64,000 bases of DNA, from IMG/VR virus record IMGVR_UViG_3300010262_000138, positions 1 through 64,000 of that record; one strand, given 5' to 3'. Positions 29,897-38,771 of the stretch are shown here, piece after piece. The notes under the pieces were generated by a model that saw only the letters and a list, made by a program, of their open reading frames with translations, was not told the DNA's origin and ran no database searches. The stretch is from a virus (Duplodnaviria > Caudoviricetes). Position numbers and translations under genes: made by a program. The stretch's first letter is position 1, and each line of letters starts with the position of its first letter.

Positions 29897-30507
29897 TGGG
29901 GAGCGAAACAAATATGATTGAATTATCCACAAATAATTCGCTAAGAGGTCATTTATCACCACATACTAAGACAAGACCTATCATGAATGGATTTTGCCAA
30001 TCAGGAAAAAGATATCTCATTTTTCACAAAATCTGCCGTTTGCGTAATCGCTTGATATCATTGGTAGTTACTAGGTTAATATACTGCGAAAATAAGCTAT
30101 GCGACGATGGGGATTTTACAATAACAGATCTCAAAAAGGATATTCAATATCTTATTTCAAAAGCGGAAAAATATGAACCATGTGTTTACCCTTGCCGGCC
30201 AATGGTGAAAGAGTTATTAGAAATACCGCAAGATCAACTTTTTAATGGTAATACCATTTCCTTTTCAACACCATATTTATTACGTGCCCAAACCTCACAA
30301 TATTACGGGTACGGAGATACTTCAAGATTTGCTATAATTGGAATAACTGTTGATAATTATGAATCAGAAGTATATTGTAACTGCGATCCAGAAAACCCTG
30401 ACATAGAAATTTTTTATGAAAAAGATGGGAATAAAACGGTTAATTTAGACTTTGTTGGCCCATGTTATATTACATATATGCTGAGAGCGCTTAATGATCC
30501 TATCTAA
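29896..30507 (+). CDS. Intron cargo: hypothetical protein (start uncertain)
   Basis: ATG overlaps the lipoprotein stop (TGATG); AT-rich. Confidence 0.5.
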   Translation: MGSETNMIELSTNNSLRGHLSPHTKTRPIMNGFCQSGKRYLIFHKICRLRNRLISLVVTRLIYCENKLCDDGDFTITDLKKDIQYLISKAEKYEPCVYPCRPMVKELLEIPQDQLFNGNTISFSTPYLLRAQTSQYYGYGDTSRFAIIGITVDNYESEVYCNCDPENPDIEIFYEKDGNKTVNLDFVGPCYITYMLRALNDPI

Positions 30508-30594
30508 TAAAAATAGGATTAGTGGGATGACTTTATGAGACAGGTTGAACTTTTGTGAACCAATATATTTATTAACCAGAACGGAGGTATTACT

Positions 30595-30801
30595 ATGGCA
30601 TTATTGGTAGCACTGGGAGTGATCGGGATCTTTGCGATGGCGCTCTACATCGGGGCGGCGGGGCTCTTTGGGCCGGTTATAGGCATTATCATCGTAATAG
30701 CGGGCGTTGTGTGGGCCTGTAAAGAAACGCCGGAGCAGAAGATGGTCCGGGAGGCAATCGAACGGAGCAACGAGAAGCTTTATGGGAGGAAGCACCCGTA
30801 A
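30595..30801 (+). CDS. Intron cargo: two-TM small membrane protein
   Basis: RBS GGAGG; two hydrophobic helices. Confidence 0.7.
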   Translation: MALLVALGVIGIFAMALYIGAAGLFGPVIGIIIVIAGVVWACKETPEQKMVREAIERSNEKLYGRKHP

Positions 30802-30854
30802 ATGATAATCGGAGGGTATATCACTCCGTAATTAACCAATATTTGATACTCACA

Positions 30855-31121
30855 TTATTCATCGGTAAGTGTAATTCCGATTGGTTTGCACCCTGTTAAA
30901 CGCAAAAAGACATACTCCATATCGTCCACATAAACTTCTGGTGTCTCATTTCCGTTTAAGTCCCATGGGAATATTGGATCTGGGATAGACAGTCCCAATT
31001 TTTTGGCAATTCTTTTAACATAAAGACGATCTAATGTAACAATTGGAATATTTGTTTTAGCAGAAAGTTTAATTAACGAATAGGTTTTTCCGTTACCACG
31101 AGGTCCATAAAACAGTTTCAT
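30855..31121 (-). CDS. Intron cargo: minimal P-loop protein
   Basis: RBS GGAGG; Walker A GPRGNGKT and Walker B-like VYVDD in 88 aa. Confidence 0.7.
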   Translation of the reverse strand: MKLFYGPRGNGKTYSLIKLSAKTNIPIVTLDRLYVKRIAKKLGLSIPDPIFPWDLNGNETPEVYVDDMEYVFLRLTGCKPIGITLTDE

Positions 31122-31163
31122 AATTTACCTCCAAAAAAAATAGGATAGAAAGGAATTTTTAAA

Positions 31164-31475
31164 ATGACTATCAATCATGTGATAGCAATTAAGTTAGAGC
31201 ATCTTGTTTGTGAGATTTGTGAGTGTGAAAGATTCGGTATTTGTGGGATTGCTAGCGCATCAAATTTTGAAGTGCGTCCAATCGAGGCGGCAATACTGTG
31301 TTTTGCTAAATTATCGCAATATCCACATAAAAGCAAAGAATGTACCGTCAAAGCAGAAAACTTTTTAGACAAATGGCACACTATATTTGAATACCCAAAA
31401 GAAAACCCAAGACATACGTGCGAAGAATACCTGTCTGAATTAGAACAAGCCGTAAAATGTTTTAACCAACATTAG
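31164..31475 (+). CDS. Intron cargo: hypothetical protein
   Basis: RBS AAGGA; stop ends 2 nt before the repeat arm at 31477. Confidence 0.65.
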   Translation: MTINHVIAIKLEHLVCEICECERFGICGIASASNFEVRPIEAAILCFAKLSQYPHKSKECTVKAENFLDKWHTIFEYPKENPRHTCEEYLSELEQAVKCFNQH

Positions 31476-31499
31476 AACTGTTTTTTTTAGCACACACAG

Positions 31500-31866
31500 C
31501 AACAAACAGGCTCCTATCAGCCTGCTAGATTTCGAGCACCTCTTTACCGTCACACCTGTATCGTCGGCGCGGCGGCGGGGGATTATGCTTCTGTGAACGT
31601 CCTTCATGACATCCGTTCCCCAACGGAGCCAGACTCGTTGCCTCGTCCGTTTTTAACGTGAAGTTTCGCTGCGGATAGACTAACACCTCAAAGTGATAGG
31701 GAAGTGCTTCATCGTCCCCGACTGTGCTCGGTTGTTGCCACCGAGCTAATTTAGTCCCTCTTTATTTATAGACCCGCATCACCATATCTTGTTCAGAGCA
31801 CGATTACGCTCCGTCCTTGATACGGCTAGGCACAATAATACAATCTGTCGCCCGTCATTTCGGGCC
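31500..31866 (-). ncRNA. Non-canonical group I-like ribozyme core
   Basis: P3 GGGACUA(31758-52)/UAAUCCC(31585-79); Q-like UAUCCGCAGCGAA; R-like ACGUUCACAGAAGCAUA; P8; S-like AAAGAGGUGCUCG; P9 hairpin 31505-31526. Confidence 0.7.
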
Positions 31867-33739
31867 AACCCAGGTCTCCAAAAATTTTAGCTGTTCCAAC
31901 GCCAAGACTTGATTTTTTAATCATGTTTATTGCGTTGGAAGCAGTATATATAGATGTACTCAACAAAGCAATTTTCGCTATAAAGCCATCGCCAATCGTT
32001 GATACCTTTAGGATGGCAGTACCAGCGTCAATTAAAAAACCAACAAAATTACTGTTTATGATAACATCAGCAAAATGTTCAAACGCGGCTGCGTTTTCTT
32101 TGAGTTTAAATTCCAAACCTTCTTGGTACGCACTAAACTTTTGCATCGCAGTACCAGCCGAATTTGCCGATACAGCGGAATACTCCATAGCCTTATCAAG
32201 ATTTTCAAACAGAACAAAGACGTTTTCGCGCTGTCTTACTCCGCCCAGTGTGGTCGCAATGGCGCTCTTCTCCGTTTCCTTAAGAGATTCCCACCTTCGA
32301 CCTGTTTCTTGAATAACTTCATTGAAATCTCTGAATTGACCCTCTTGATTTCTTAAGGATATTCCAACGGCATTCAGAGCTTTTTCAAAATCATTGAGCG
32401 GGTCTCCGTCATCATCAATCAACCTACCAAGTTTTACATTACCATATCTTGCAAATATCGTTTTAAACGCTTCACCAACGGTGCTCATATCTCGCTGAGT
32501 AACTTCGCCAACCGCTGCAAGATAGCCAAGCAGATTATCCATATCTACGCCTGCTTGACGTGCGGAGTTAGCAGTACGCGCCATTGCCTCTGCAAGACCT
32601 CCGGCGCTGACGGCGGCTTTAATGTCAATTCCGGTTAGCTTATCTACGATACCCATAGCGTTTGATGCCTCAACCTTATAGCCCTTCATGGCTGACGTAA
32701 GGTATTTTGATGCTTCTGCCGCGTCTACCATGCCAACGATGCTTAATACCATCGAGTCTTTGATTAAAGTGTTAGTATCGTCAAGATTATAGCCCTGTCG
32801 TTGCCACTCTACTGCCGATTCAGCCACAGCGGTTGTGGTGCTCCCCAGCTCGATAGCCATCCTATTGTAAACATCAATGAGCTCTTCTGCGGATTCCTTT
32901 GTGCCTCCTGTTACAATACGCAAATCGACAAGAGCTTTGTCTAACTCAAACGCTGTATCAATTGCCTTATATACCGACGTAACAAAACCAGTTGTTATCG
33001 CGCTTGAAGCTAAATAGACAGAAAATGTCTTAATCTTTTCTCCAAGGTATGTAAAAGTATTTCCGCCCTCGTACCCCGCAGACTTCATTTCTGCCTTAAA
33101 TGATTTAATCAGAACCTGAGCTTCTTTTAGATTACCTAAATCCAGTTCTGAAAAAACTTCATTGATTTTTACCGAATTTAAATCAACCGCAGACGCTTTT
33201 ATCGTTTTTAGGTATTTTTCAAAGTCTGCTTTTGTCTGCTTAATAGAAGCGGAATCGGAACTGCTCTTAAAAGCGTCACGAGCAGCCTGGGTTTCTAACG
33301 CAACTCGCTCTTTTGCAAGTTTTTGTCTTTCTTTTTCAGCAGCTATTGCTTTACTTTGCTGCTCCTGCTCAATTCTCGCATTTTCAAGCATCTGACGCTT
33401 TAATTGATCAGAAAATCTCTTCTGCGCAGCTTCTCGCTTTTGAATATCCCAATCAATTTGGTTTACAACATTTTTGGATGCATTAGTAGAAGCGCCTGAT
33501 CTGACTGATTGATTAGCCGATGATGCTGAAGATGTTAAGCTAATAGAAAGAGTTTTTGATAAATCCTTTATTTGTGCCTTAATTGAACTTGTATCAATGC
33601 TTAATTTTATTTTGGGCGGGTCTCGCCCTATCTCCTGAGCAATTTTTTCAAGTTCTTTGCGTATTAGTTGCCCAGAGGCGCCGGAAGCCGTACTGCCTCC
33701 CTCTACGCCAACTAATACTCTAATATCTGGTTCTGCCAC
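31867..33739 (-). CDS. Tape measure protein, exon 1 (TP901-family core)
   Basis: ELDKAL..LRIVTG, A.ELGSTT..VAES..EW.RQGY, VGEAFKTIFAR motifs; ORF runs on to a stop at 31826 inside the intron. Confidence 0.9.
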
Positions 33740-33856
33740 TTCACCACTCCTTTATCAAATCAAAAAGAGGGGAAGTGATCCCCTCAGTTAAAACAATTTG
33801 CATATACAAAAAGAGGCGGATTTAATCCGCCTCTTTCTTACCATTAAGTTAACGGA

Positions 33857-34447
33857 CTAATCTCCGCTAACCATCTCTATTCTCTCGAAATTCTTTAAGT
33901 TTAGCATTACCATCCTAGAGTCATCATCTGTATTATCAAATATAATTTCTTGATTTGGTCCCAACATTTGATAGTAGCACAAAACAATGATTGGCTCCCG
34001 CTCATAATCTTCTGAATATTTGATCTGGCCATAGTAGCTATATCCATCATTTATCCAAACGCGGACGTACAAGCCGGGTGATATCACATCGTCCCATATG
34101 TTTTCCTTTGGGTTACGCATGATTCCCATTTTCATTCTGCAGTTATTGATGAAGGGATTATTGACGAGTAATGCTAATATATACCCTGTCATCAAGCTGA
34201 AAATCAAAAGCGAAATAAGATACCATGAGCTGGATTCAGATACAAACGGGAGTAGCTGATACACAGATTTCAAAACAAAACTAATGATAATACTTAAAAA
34301 CAGTAGGTAAGATACCTGATTGGAAGAATCTCTATCTTTATATAAAATGTAACGGTAAACACTGAGAAATAAGTACCCCGGAACTACATACAACAATAGG
34401 TCTGAGATACTGTGAGCTAAGTCAATAACCCAACTTATAGCAAACAC
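33857..34447 (-). CDS. DUF6338-like membrane protein (moron)
   Basis: YVVPGY, three TM segments, NIWDD, Y.GQI...E...REP.I.L. Confidence 0.7.
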   Translation of the reverse strand: MFAISWVIDLAHSISDLLLYVVPGYLFLSVYRYILYKDRDSSNQVSYLLFLSIIISFVLKSVYQLLPFVSESSSWYLISLLIFSLMTGYILALLVNNPFINNCRMKMGIMRNPKENIWDDVISPGLYVRVWINDGYSYYGQIKYSEDYEREPIIVLCYYQMLGPNQEIIFDNTDDDSRMVMLNLKNFERIEMVSGD

Positions 34448-34450
34448 TCC

Positions 34451-34561
34451 TTACTTTTTTGCCCCTTGTGGCGGGGGAGTAGGATTTTTGACAACGACAT
34501 TTTGCTTATTATAGTTTTGCGATCCAGAGTTATTAGGAGTATTAGGTGTACCGCCGGACAT
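34451..34561 (-). CDS. Unannotated 36-aa Pro/Asn-rich peptide
   Basis: MSGGTPNTPNNSGSQNYNKQNVVVKNPTPPPQGAKK*; RBS GAGG; TGGACA-N16-TATAAT promoter with extended TG upstream; stop abuts the RBS of the next gene. Confidence 0.65.
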   Translation of the reverse strand: MSGGTPNTPNNSGSQNYNKQNVVVKNPTPPPQGAKK

Positions 34562-34619
34562 ATTATTACCTCGCATTTTATAGTTATGATATTATACCAC
34601 AAAATGCAAATATGTCCAA

Positions 34620-35147
34620 CTACCGATATGCCTCATCCAACACAGCACGCGCCTTATTGCCAAACTCCTGATTAAACTTCTCTACGGCACGCTTCATAAA
34701 GTCATCAGGATCTCTATGAGGATTGCTTTCCGTAAAGGTTCCATGACTGTCGTAACCTACAACCGTCTTTCCTCCGGTGTCGTATCCATGAGTATAGAGC
34801 GCCGCAAGGTTATCAACTCCCTCTGGATATGACGCCGGATCTAGGGACTCGCGTTCCATCTCAGAACGAATAAACCCAACATTAAAGCAATACTTTCCGT
34901 CCGCAGTTAATCCCTCATCGCTGATTTCAATATAATCCAGAAACGCTTCGCCGTACCGGTTCTTGATTTCAGATACCTCTGCGCTCAATATAGCCTTCAT
35001 TCTCTGGGCATATTTCTCATCAACGACAATGCGCCCAAAAGGGCGGCCTGCTTTTACAGCTTCCTTTCTTGCCTTTTCCACCTTCTTTTTGCCGGCAGGG
35101 GAGGCCAGAAAAGCGTTAACCTTCTTTTGAATACTGTCAATGCTCAT
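34620..35147 (-). CDS. Phage tail-completion-like protein
   Basis: Likely start MSIDS overlapping the upstream stop; C-terminal FMKRAVEKFN. Confidence 0.6.
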   Translation of the reverse strand: MSIDSIQKKVNAFLASPAGKKKVEKARKEAVKAGRPFGRIVVDEKYAQRMKAILSAEVSEIKNRYGEAFLDYIEISDEGLTADGKYCFNVGFIRSEMERESLDPASYPEGVDNLAALYTHGYDTGGKTVVGYDSHGTFTESNPHRDPDDFMKRAVEKFNQEFGNKARAVLDEAYR

Positions 35148-35784
35148 CTTTTTCGGCCCTTTTAGCCAGGTCAATCACATTGTCAGGCTGTTGCTCCAGA
35201 ACGGCATGGGCAAGTTCCTTTTCGTCTAGGGTAGAAAGTCTCATCATGGCCTCCACCATCTTCTGCGGGTCAGCAGGGATCGCCTCGCTTAAACTCTTAA
35301 ATGCGGTAACGGCGCGATCAAGCTGCGCCGAAAGCTCTTCAAGCTTCTTGCGCTGTTCGCTGTAGATCAAAGCATTCTTATCTGCGATTCTCTTTTCAAC
35401 AGACTTATAAATGAGATCAAGCTGTTCCTTAGAAATATACTCGCAGATCTGCTGATAAAGCTCCGTCCCAAACAAAAGAGAGGCAAGCCGGTCCGCGCCC
35501 ATCTCCATTTTAAGATTGGTATACCATGAAATAATCGCCAACCTCATAATCACTTCGCCCACCTCGGGCTGATAAACTTCTTCACCATTATCATTGATCC
35601 CATAATGATTTTCCACAACAGAATCAACCAAACTATACATTGAAGCGAGTGGAATATAAGCTTTTACAGTAATGTCCATCTGACCATCGCCTGTAATGCA
35701 TCCGAATGTATTTGTCTTTTGGCACGAATCCAAAAAGGAATCCAACTTTTTAAAAGAAATTTTTGCTTCATTATTCTTCGCCAT
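35137..35784 (-). CDS. Putative tail assembly chaperone
   Basis: Position between tail tube and TMP; YTNL motif; coiled coil. Confidence 0.55.
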   Translation of the reverse strand: MAKNNEAKISFKKLDSFLDSCQKTNTFGCITGDGQMDITVKAYIPLASMYSLVDSVVENHYGINDNGEEVYQPEVGEVIMRLAIISWYTNLKMEMGADRLASLLFGTELYQQICEYISKEQLDLIYKSVEKRIADKNALIYSEQRKKLEELSAQLDRAVTAFKSLSEAIPADPQKMVEAMMRLSTLDEKELAHAVLEQQPDNVIDLAKRAEKDEH

Positions 35785-36223
35785 CTACGTTCTCCCTTTT
35801 TACCCTTTTTCGATTTTGACGGTTTTTGGTTACTATGTCGTAGTCGCACCAACCGCCGTCAACCTTTGACCAACATACCCATTTGTAATCAATATTAGGA
35901 TATACATACCAAAACAGCTTACGTTTAAGTTTTGCAACAGAATCCGGCATCCCTTTGATATCAATTACTTCTATATGACCGTCAGAAAACTCCAAACAGA
36001 AGTCAGCGACATACTTAATTGCGATAATTGTCTTACCGTTTCTTGTGAATTTAGGTTGCAGAATATAAGGCTTTTGCAGTTCACATTTAACGATATTTCC
36101 GCTTCCCACTAGGGGCAAAACCACATCCCGGTAGTATTTCATCTCAACCTTGCTGTCAAAAACAATTCCTTCATATGTTCTGGACTCCGGAGAATCCGAC
36201 ACATTATATTTAGATCTTCCTAT
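35771..36223 (-). CDS. DUF1064 family PD-(D/E)xK endonuclease-like protein
   Basis: SKYN, GIVFDSK.E, LQ..Y.LQ, YVADF, V.DIKG, KRKLF; start probably ATA 36223. Confidence 0.8.
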   Translation of the reverse strand: MGRSKYNVSDSPESRTYEGIVFDSKVEMKYYRDVVLPLVGSGNIVKCELQKPYILQPKFTRNGKTIIAIKYVADFCLEFSDGHIEVIDIKGMPDSVAKLKRKLFWYVYPNIDYKWVCWSKVDGGWCDYDIVTKNRQNRKRVKRENVDGEE

Positions 36224-36279
36224 TATATTCACCTCACTAAGAGGGGAGGGAGCCGCTGGCGCGGCTCCCTCCTTTCTTA

Positions 36280-36645
36280 TTATTCCTTGTTTATCCAGTC
36301 CACAATCTGCGCAAAGCTCCAATCAGGATGCTGTGTTATCTCTTCACTCAATTCCTGCCGCGTTTGAGCGGTAGCGTCACTCAATGACGTTGTGCTCAAA
36401 TAAGACTTAACCTCATCTTCGCTCATATCAGTGCGTTCAGAAATCTGCCTGATAATTTTACCCTCTGACCGGGCTTTTTCTACCTGTTCCATATATTCCT
36501 GATAACATTCAGGACAGCAAGCCATCGAGCGCCAGCTCTCACTTCGGAGACAAAAGCGGCAGGAATAATAATGCTTCCTGCCGCCATCCGATCCGCGATG
36601 ACAGTTCAGATTTTTACAGATTGTGTTTGGCTCTTTCTGCGGCAA
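36280..36645 (-). CDS. Cys-rich phage protein
   Basis: YYSCRFC...WRSMACCPECY; follows the tail tube gene. Confidence 0.65.
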   Translation of the reverse strand: MPQKEPNTICKNLNCHRGSDGGRKHYYSCRFCLRSESWRSMACCPECYQEYMEQVEKARSEGKIIRQISERTDMSEDEVKSYLSTTSLSDATAQTRQELSEEITQHPDWSFAQIVDWINKE

Positions 36646-36657
36646 TTAAATTACCTC

Positions 36658-37461
36658 TCAGGTGTCGTCAATCTCTTCCTCGTCGTAGTTATAAAGCTTC
36701 CAGAGGTTCTTAGAGGCGCCGATACAGGCAGAAGTAACAGCCTCAACAGCAACGTTCTGAACGGCAGCCTGATCACCAAACGAAAGATCAATCTCTCCGG
36801 AGATCTTTCCGCTCTCCATAACAACCATCAGCGGCACGTCAGTCTGAGAGCAAAGATCGGTAAACCAAGCGTCGATAATAACCTTACCGGTCATCGAGAA
36901 CTTGTCGCCGTCATTGTTGGTCTTCTTGTATTTGCTGAATTTCGGATAGTAGTCAACAATAACGGTGTCTCCGGCCTTGAACTTATTGGTAGGCAGGGTG
37001 ATCTCTTTCGTATCTGCGGCATACGCAAAGGCGGTAGCAGACGCGGAAGCGGCCTGCGTATAAGAAGCACCGGGGAGGCCGTTGACATCGGCGGCGTAAA
37101 TATACCCAATTTCATTACCAACGTCGCCAACTGCTTTGTGGGGCAGAGAAACCTTGGTGCCATCAGAAGTGACGAGCTCGGCGCGAATCATGATTTCGCT
37201 GCCGCCAGTTACCTCAATTTCATCAGAACCAACCTGCATGGCGATATATCCGCTGTCGATCGTCCCGTTGGTGCCGTTAAAGGCAGCGGTCTTACCGATA
37301 TCGAATGCAGCCAGATGCACGCCGTCAGAGCCGTTCGCATAAACGGTTTCCTGACTTCCGGTAAACTGAGCAGTCTGAAAGTCATTCAGAGTAACACGAT
37401 GCTCGCCAGAAGCAATGTCGTAGACACGCATTCTGCGCATCTTCTTCAGTGCGTATTTCAT
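36658..37461 (-). CDS. Major tail tube protein
   Basis: Strong RBS, high-expression codon usage, position after neck genes; VYA.G..G pattern. Confidence 0.7.
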   Translation of the reverse strand: MKYALKKMRRMRVYDIASGEHRVTLNDFQTAQFTGSQETVYANGSDGVHLAAFDIGKTAAFNGTNGTIDSGYIAMQVGSDEIEVTGGSEIMIRAELVTSDGTKVSLPHKAVGDVGNEIGYIYAADVNGLPGASYTQAASASATAFAYAADTKEITLPTNKFKAGDTVIVDYYPKFSKYKKTNNDGDKFSMTGKVIIDAWFTDLCSQTDVPLMVVMESGKISGEIDLSFGDQAAVQNVAVEAVTSACIGASKNLWKLYNYDEEEIDDT

Positions 37462-37503
37462 TAAACAAACTCCTCCTGTAAAAATTAAATAGCGGAGGAG
37501 TTT

Positions 37504-38298
37504 CTAACTCCACCGCAAATCTTTTTCGTCTAACTTATCGCTCTTGATCATGCCTGTGTGTATCCCGTTCATTACAGACTGAACCCTTACCTTGCCATGT
37601 GCGGTTCTTGCACCGGACAATAGCTGATAAATTCTCATCTGCTCAATATTAAACGGTGTTACCGCTCCAGAGCCTCCATAAATTACATCTGCCATACTGT
37701 CACCGATATGTGAGAGAAGGGAATTACTCTCATCATCCCTCTTTTTTCGTGATCGCCTCTTCGCCTCATCCCGCATATCGTCAATCAATATACGTTTGGC
37801 AGAGGCGGTGGCAGGCTTAATTCTTCCAGCATCTGAAAAGCAGTTAATCTGTTTGATAAAGGCATGAATCCAGCCAAAAACCTCCTGGCCAATTCCCCAT
37901 GAGGGGTTGTCTAGGTCGAATATGACAAAGTTTCCGTCTTCCGTTTTACCCAAATCGTAATTTCGTTTACCGAGAAAAAATCCCAACGCATCTTGGCAGA
38001 TTGAAAGCTGTATTTTTTGATCAGAGCGTTTGTGAGCGTCCAGCCATTTCAGAGCAAATACGTCAAATGGCGTGACAGACTCGTAATCTATCCCCATATC
38101 ATCAAGCCAAACCATAGCTTCATACGGTTCAGCCATCAGATTTGTAACATAACTCCAATAATAGTAATCGCAGTCAGCCCCTCCGCCAAGATCAAGTATC
38201 TCACCTATAGTTGGATGATGTACGATAATCTCCGGCGCCAACACTAAATCGCGCCCGCTTTGCAAAAACGCCTTACTGATTTCAGGATCCATAATCAA
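37504..38298 (-). CDS. SPbeta YomV-like tail-region protein
   Basis: HPTIGEI...Y......P....V.LDD.G.DY motif and synteny. Confidence 0.6.
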   Translation of the reverse strand: MIMDPEISKAFLQSGRDLVLAPEIIVHHPTIGEILDLGGGADCDYYYWSYVTNLMAEPYEAMVWLDDMGIDYESVTPFDVFALKWLDAHKRSDQKIQLSICQDALGFFLGKRNYDLGKTEDGNFVIFDLDNPSWGIGQEVFGWIHAFIKQINCFSDAGRIKPATASAKRILIDDMRDEAKRRSRKKRDDESNSLLSHIGDSMADVIYGGSGAVTPFNIEQMRIYQLLSGARTAHGKVRVQSVMNGIHTGMIKSDKLDEKDLRWS

Positions 38299-38771
38299 TA
38301 CCCCGGATTGACACGATCTAAAGCGTCGGTTTCAAATCTCATCTCCCGATAGAAATGCTTCGCGTCCAAGATGTGTTCAGTGTTTTTCACCAACTTAAAA
38401 GGGCCAATCCCGACCCCAATCGTTGCGCGGTTCAGCGTTTTATCGATTTCACAGGCGATCAAATCAATCCTGTCTGCGCTTGTACCGCTTACCTGCATCA
38501 AAGATTCACAGGCAATAACCCTTATCGTGACAGTGACATCCCGAACAATATCGTTTTTGGTAAGAGATGGAACGTCTACCTTCATGGCGATATATGTCTT
38601 TGCTTCCTGCTCTGTTTCAGGGATCCTGAAATATGGGAAAATCCGGTCGTACAGTAAGTCGTCCGGGTATTCACATCCGGCAGGGAAGGAAACCAACTCG
38701 GTGAAGACATCATTGCCTAACAACTTCTTGATGATCTCTAATTTGAAATCAGGAATTTCCTTGCTGTTCAT
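38295..38771 (-). CDS. Putative tail terminator/neck protein
   Basis: IFPY..IP......TYI...RIDLI..EID..LN......IG; synteny. Confidence 0.6.
   Translation of the reverse strand: MNSKEIPDFKLEIIKKLLGNDVFTELVSFPAGCEYPDDLLYDRIFPYFRIPETEQEAKTYIAMKVDVPSLTKNDIVRDVTVTIRVIACESLMQVSGTSADRIDLIACEIDKTLNRATIGVGIGPFKLVKNTEHILDAKHFYREMRFETDALDRVNPGY

Larger units (their letters stand above)
28767..31499. repeat. Imperfect inverted repeat pair (28767-28788 and 31477-31499) flanking the cargo cassette
   Basis: ctgtgtgtgttaaaataacagt versus the reverse complement ctgtgtgtgctaaaaaaaacagt. Confidence 0.85.
28763..31866 (-). mobile_element. Large group I-like intron in the tape measure gene carrying six cargo ORFs
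   Basis: Ribozyme-like core at 31500-31866, long-range stem 31477-31499/28767-28788, candidate omega-G 28763; removal restores the TMP reading frame. Confidence 0.7.

Noticed and set aside
28767-31499. Inverted repeats as DNA-inversion (shufflon/invertible promoter) sites
   Set aside because: No recombinase in the window, the arms are imperfect, and their position matches a P9-region stem next to omega-G; not fully excluded, read-orientation analysis would settle it
25665-33739. TMP as a pseudogene broken by an IS or transposon
   Set aside because: No transposase or target-site duplication; both halves are intact; a ribozyme-like core and frame-restoring junction explain the split better
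35771-36223. DUF1064 nuclease as a free-standing homing endonuclease for the introns
   Set aside because: It sits in the ordinary tail operon with coupled neighbours; nothing in the sequence links it to either intron
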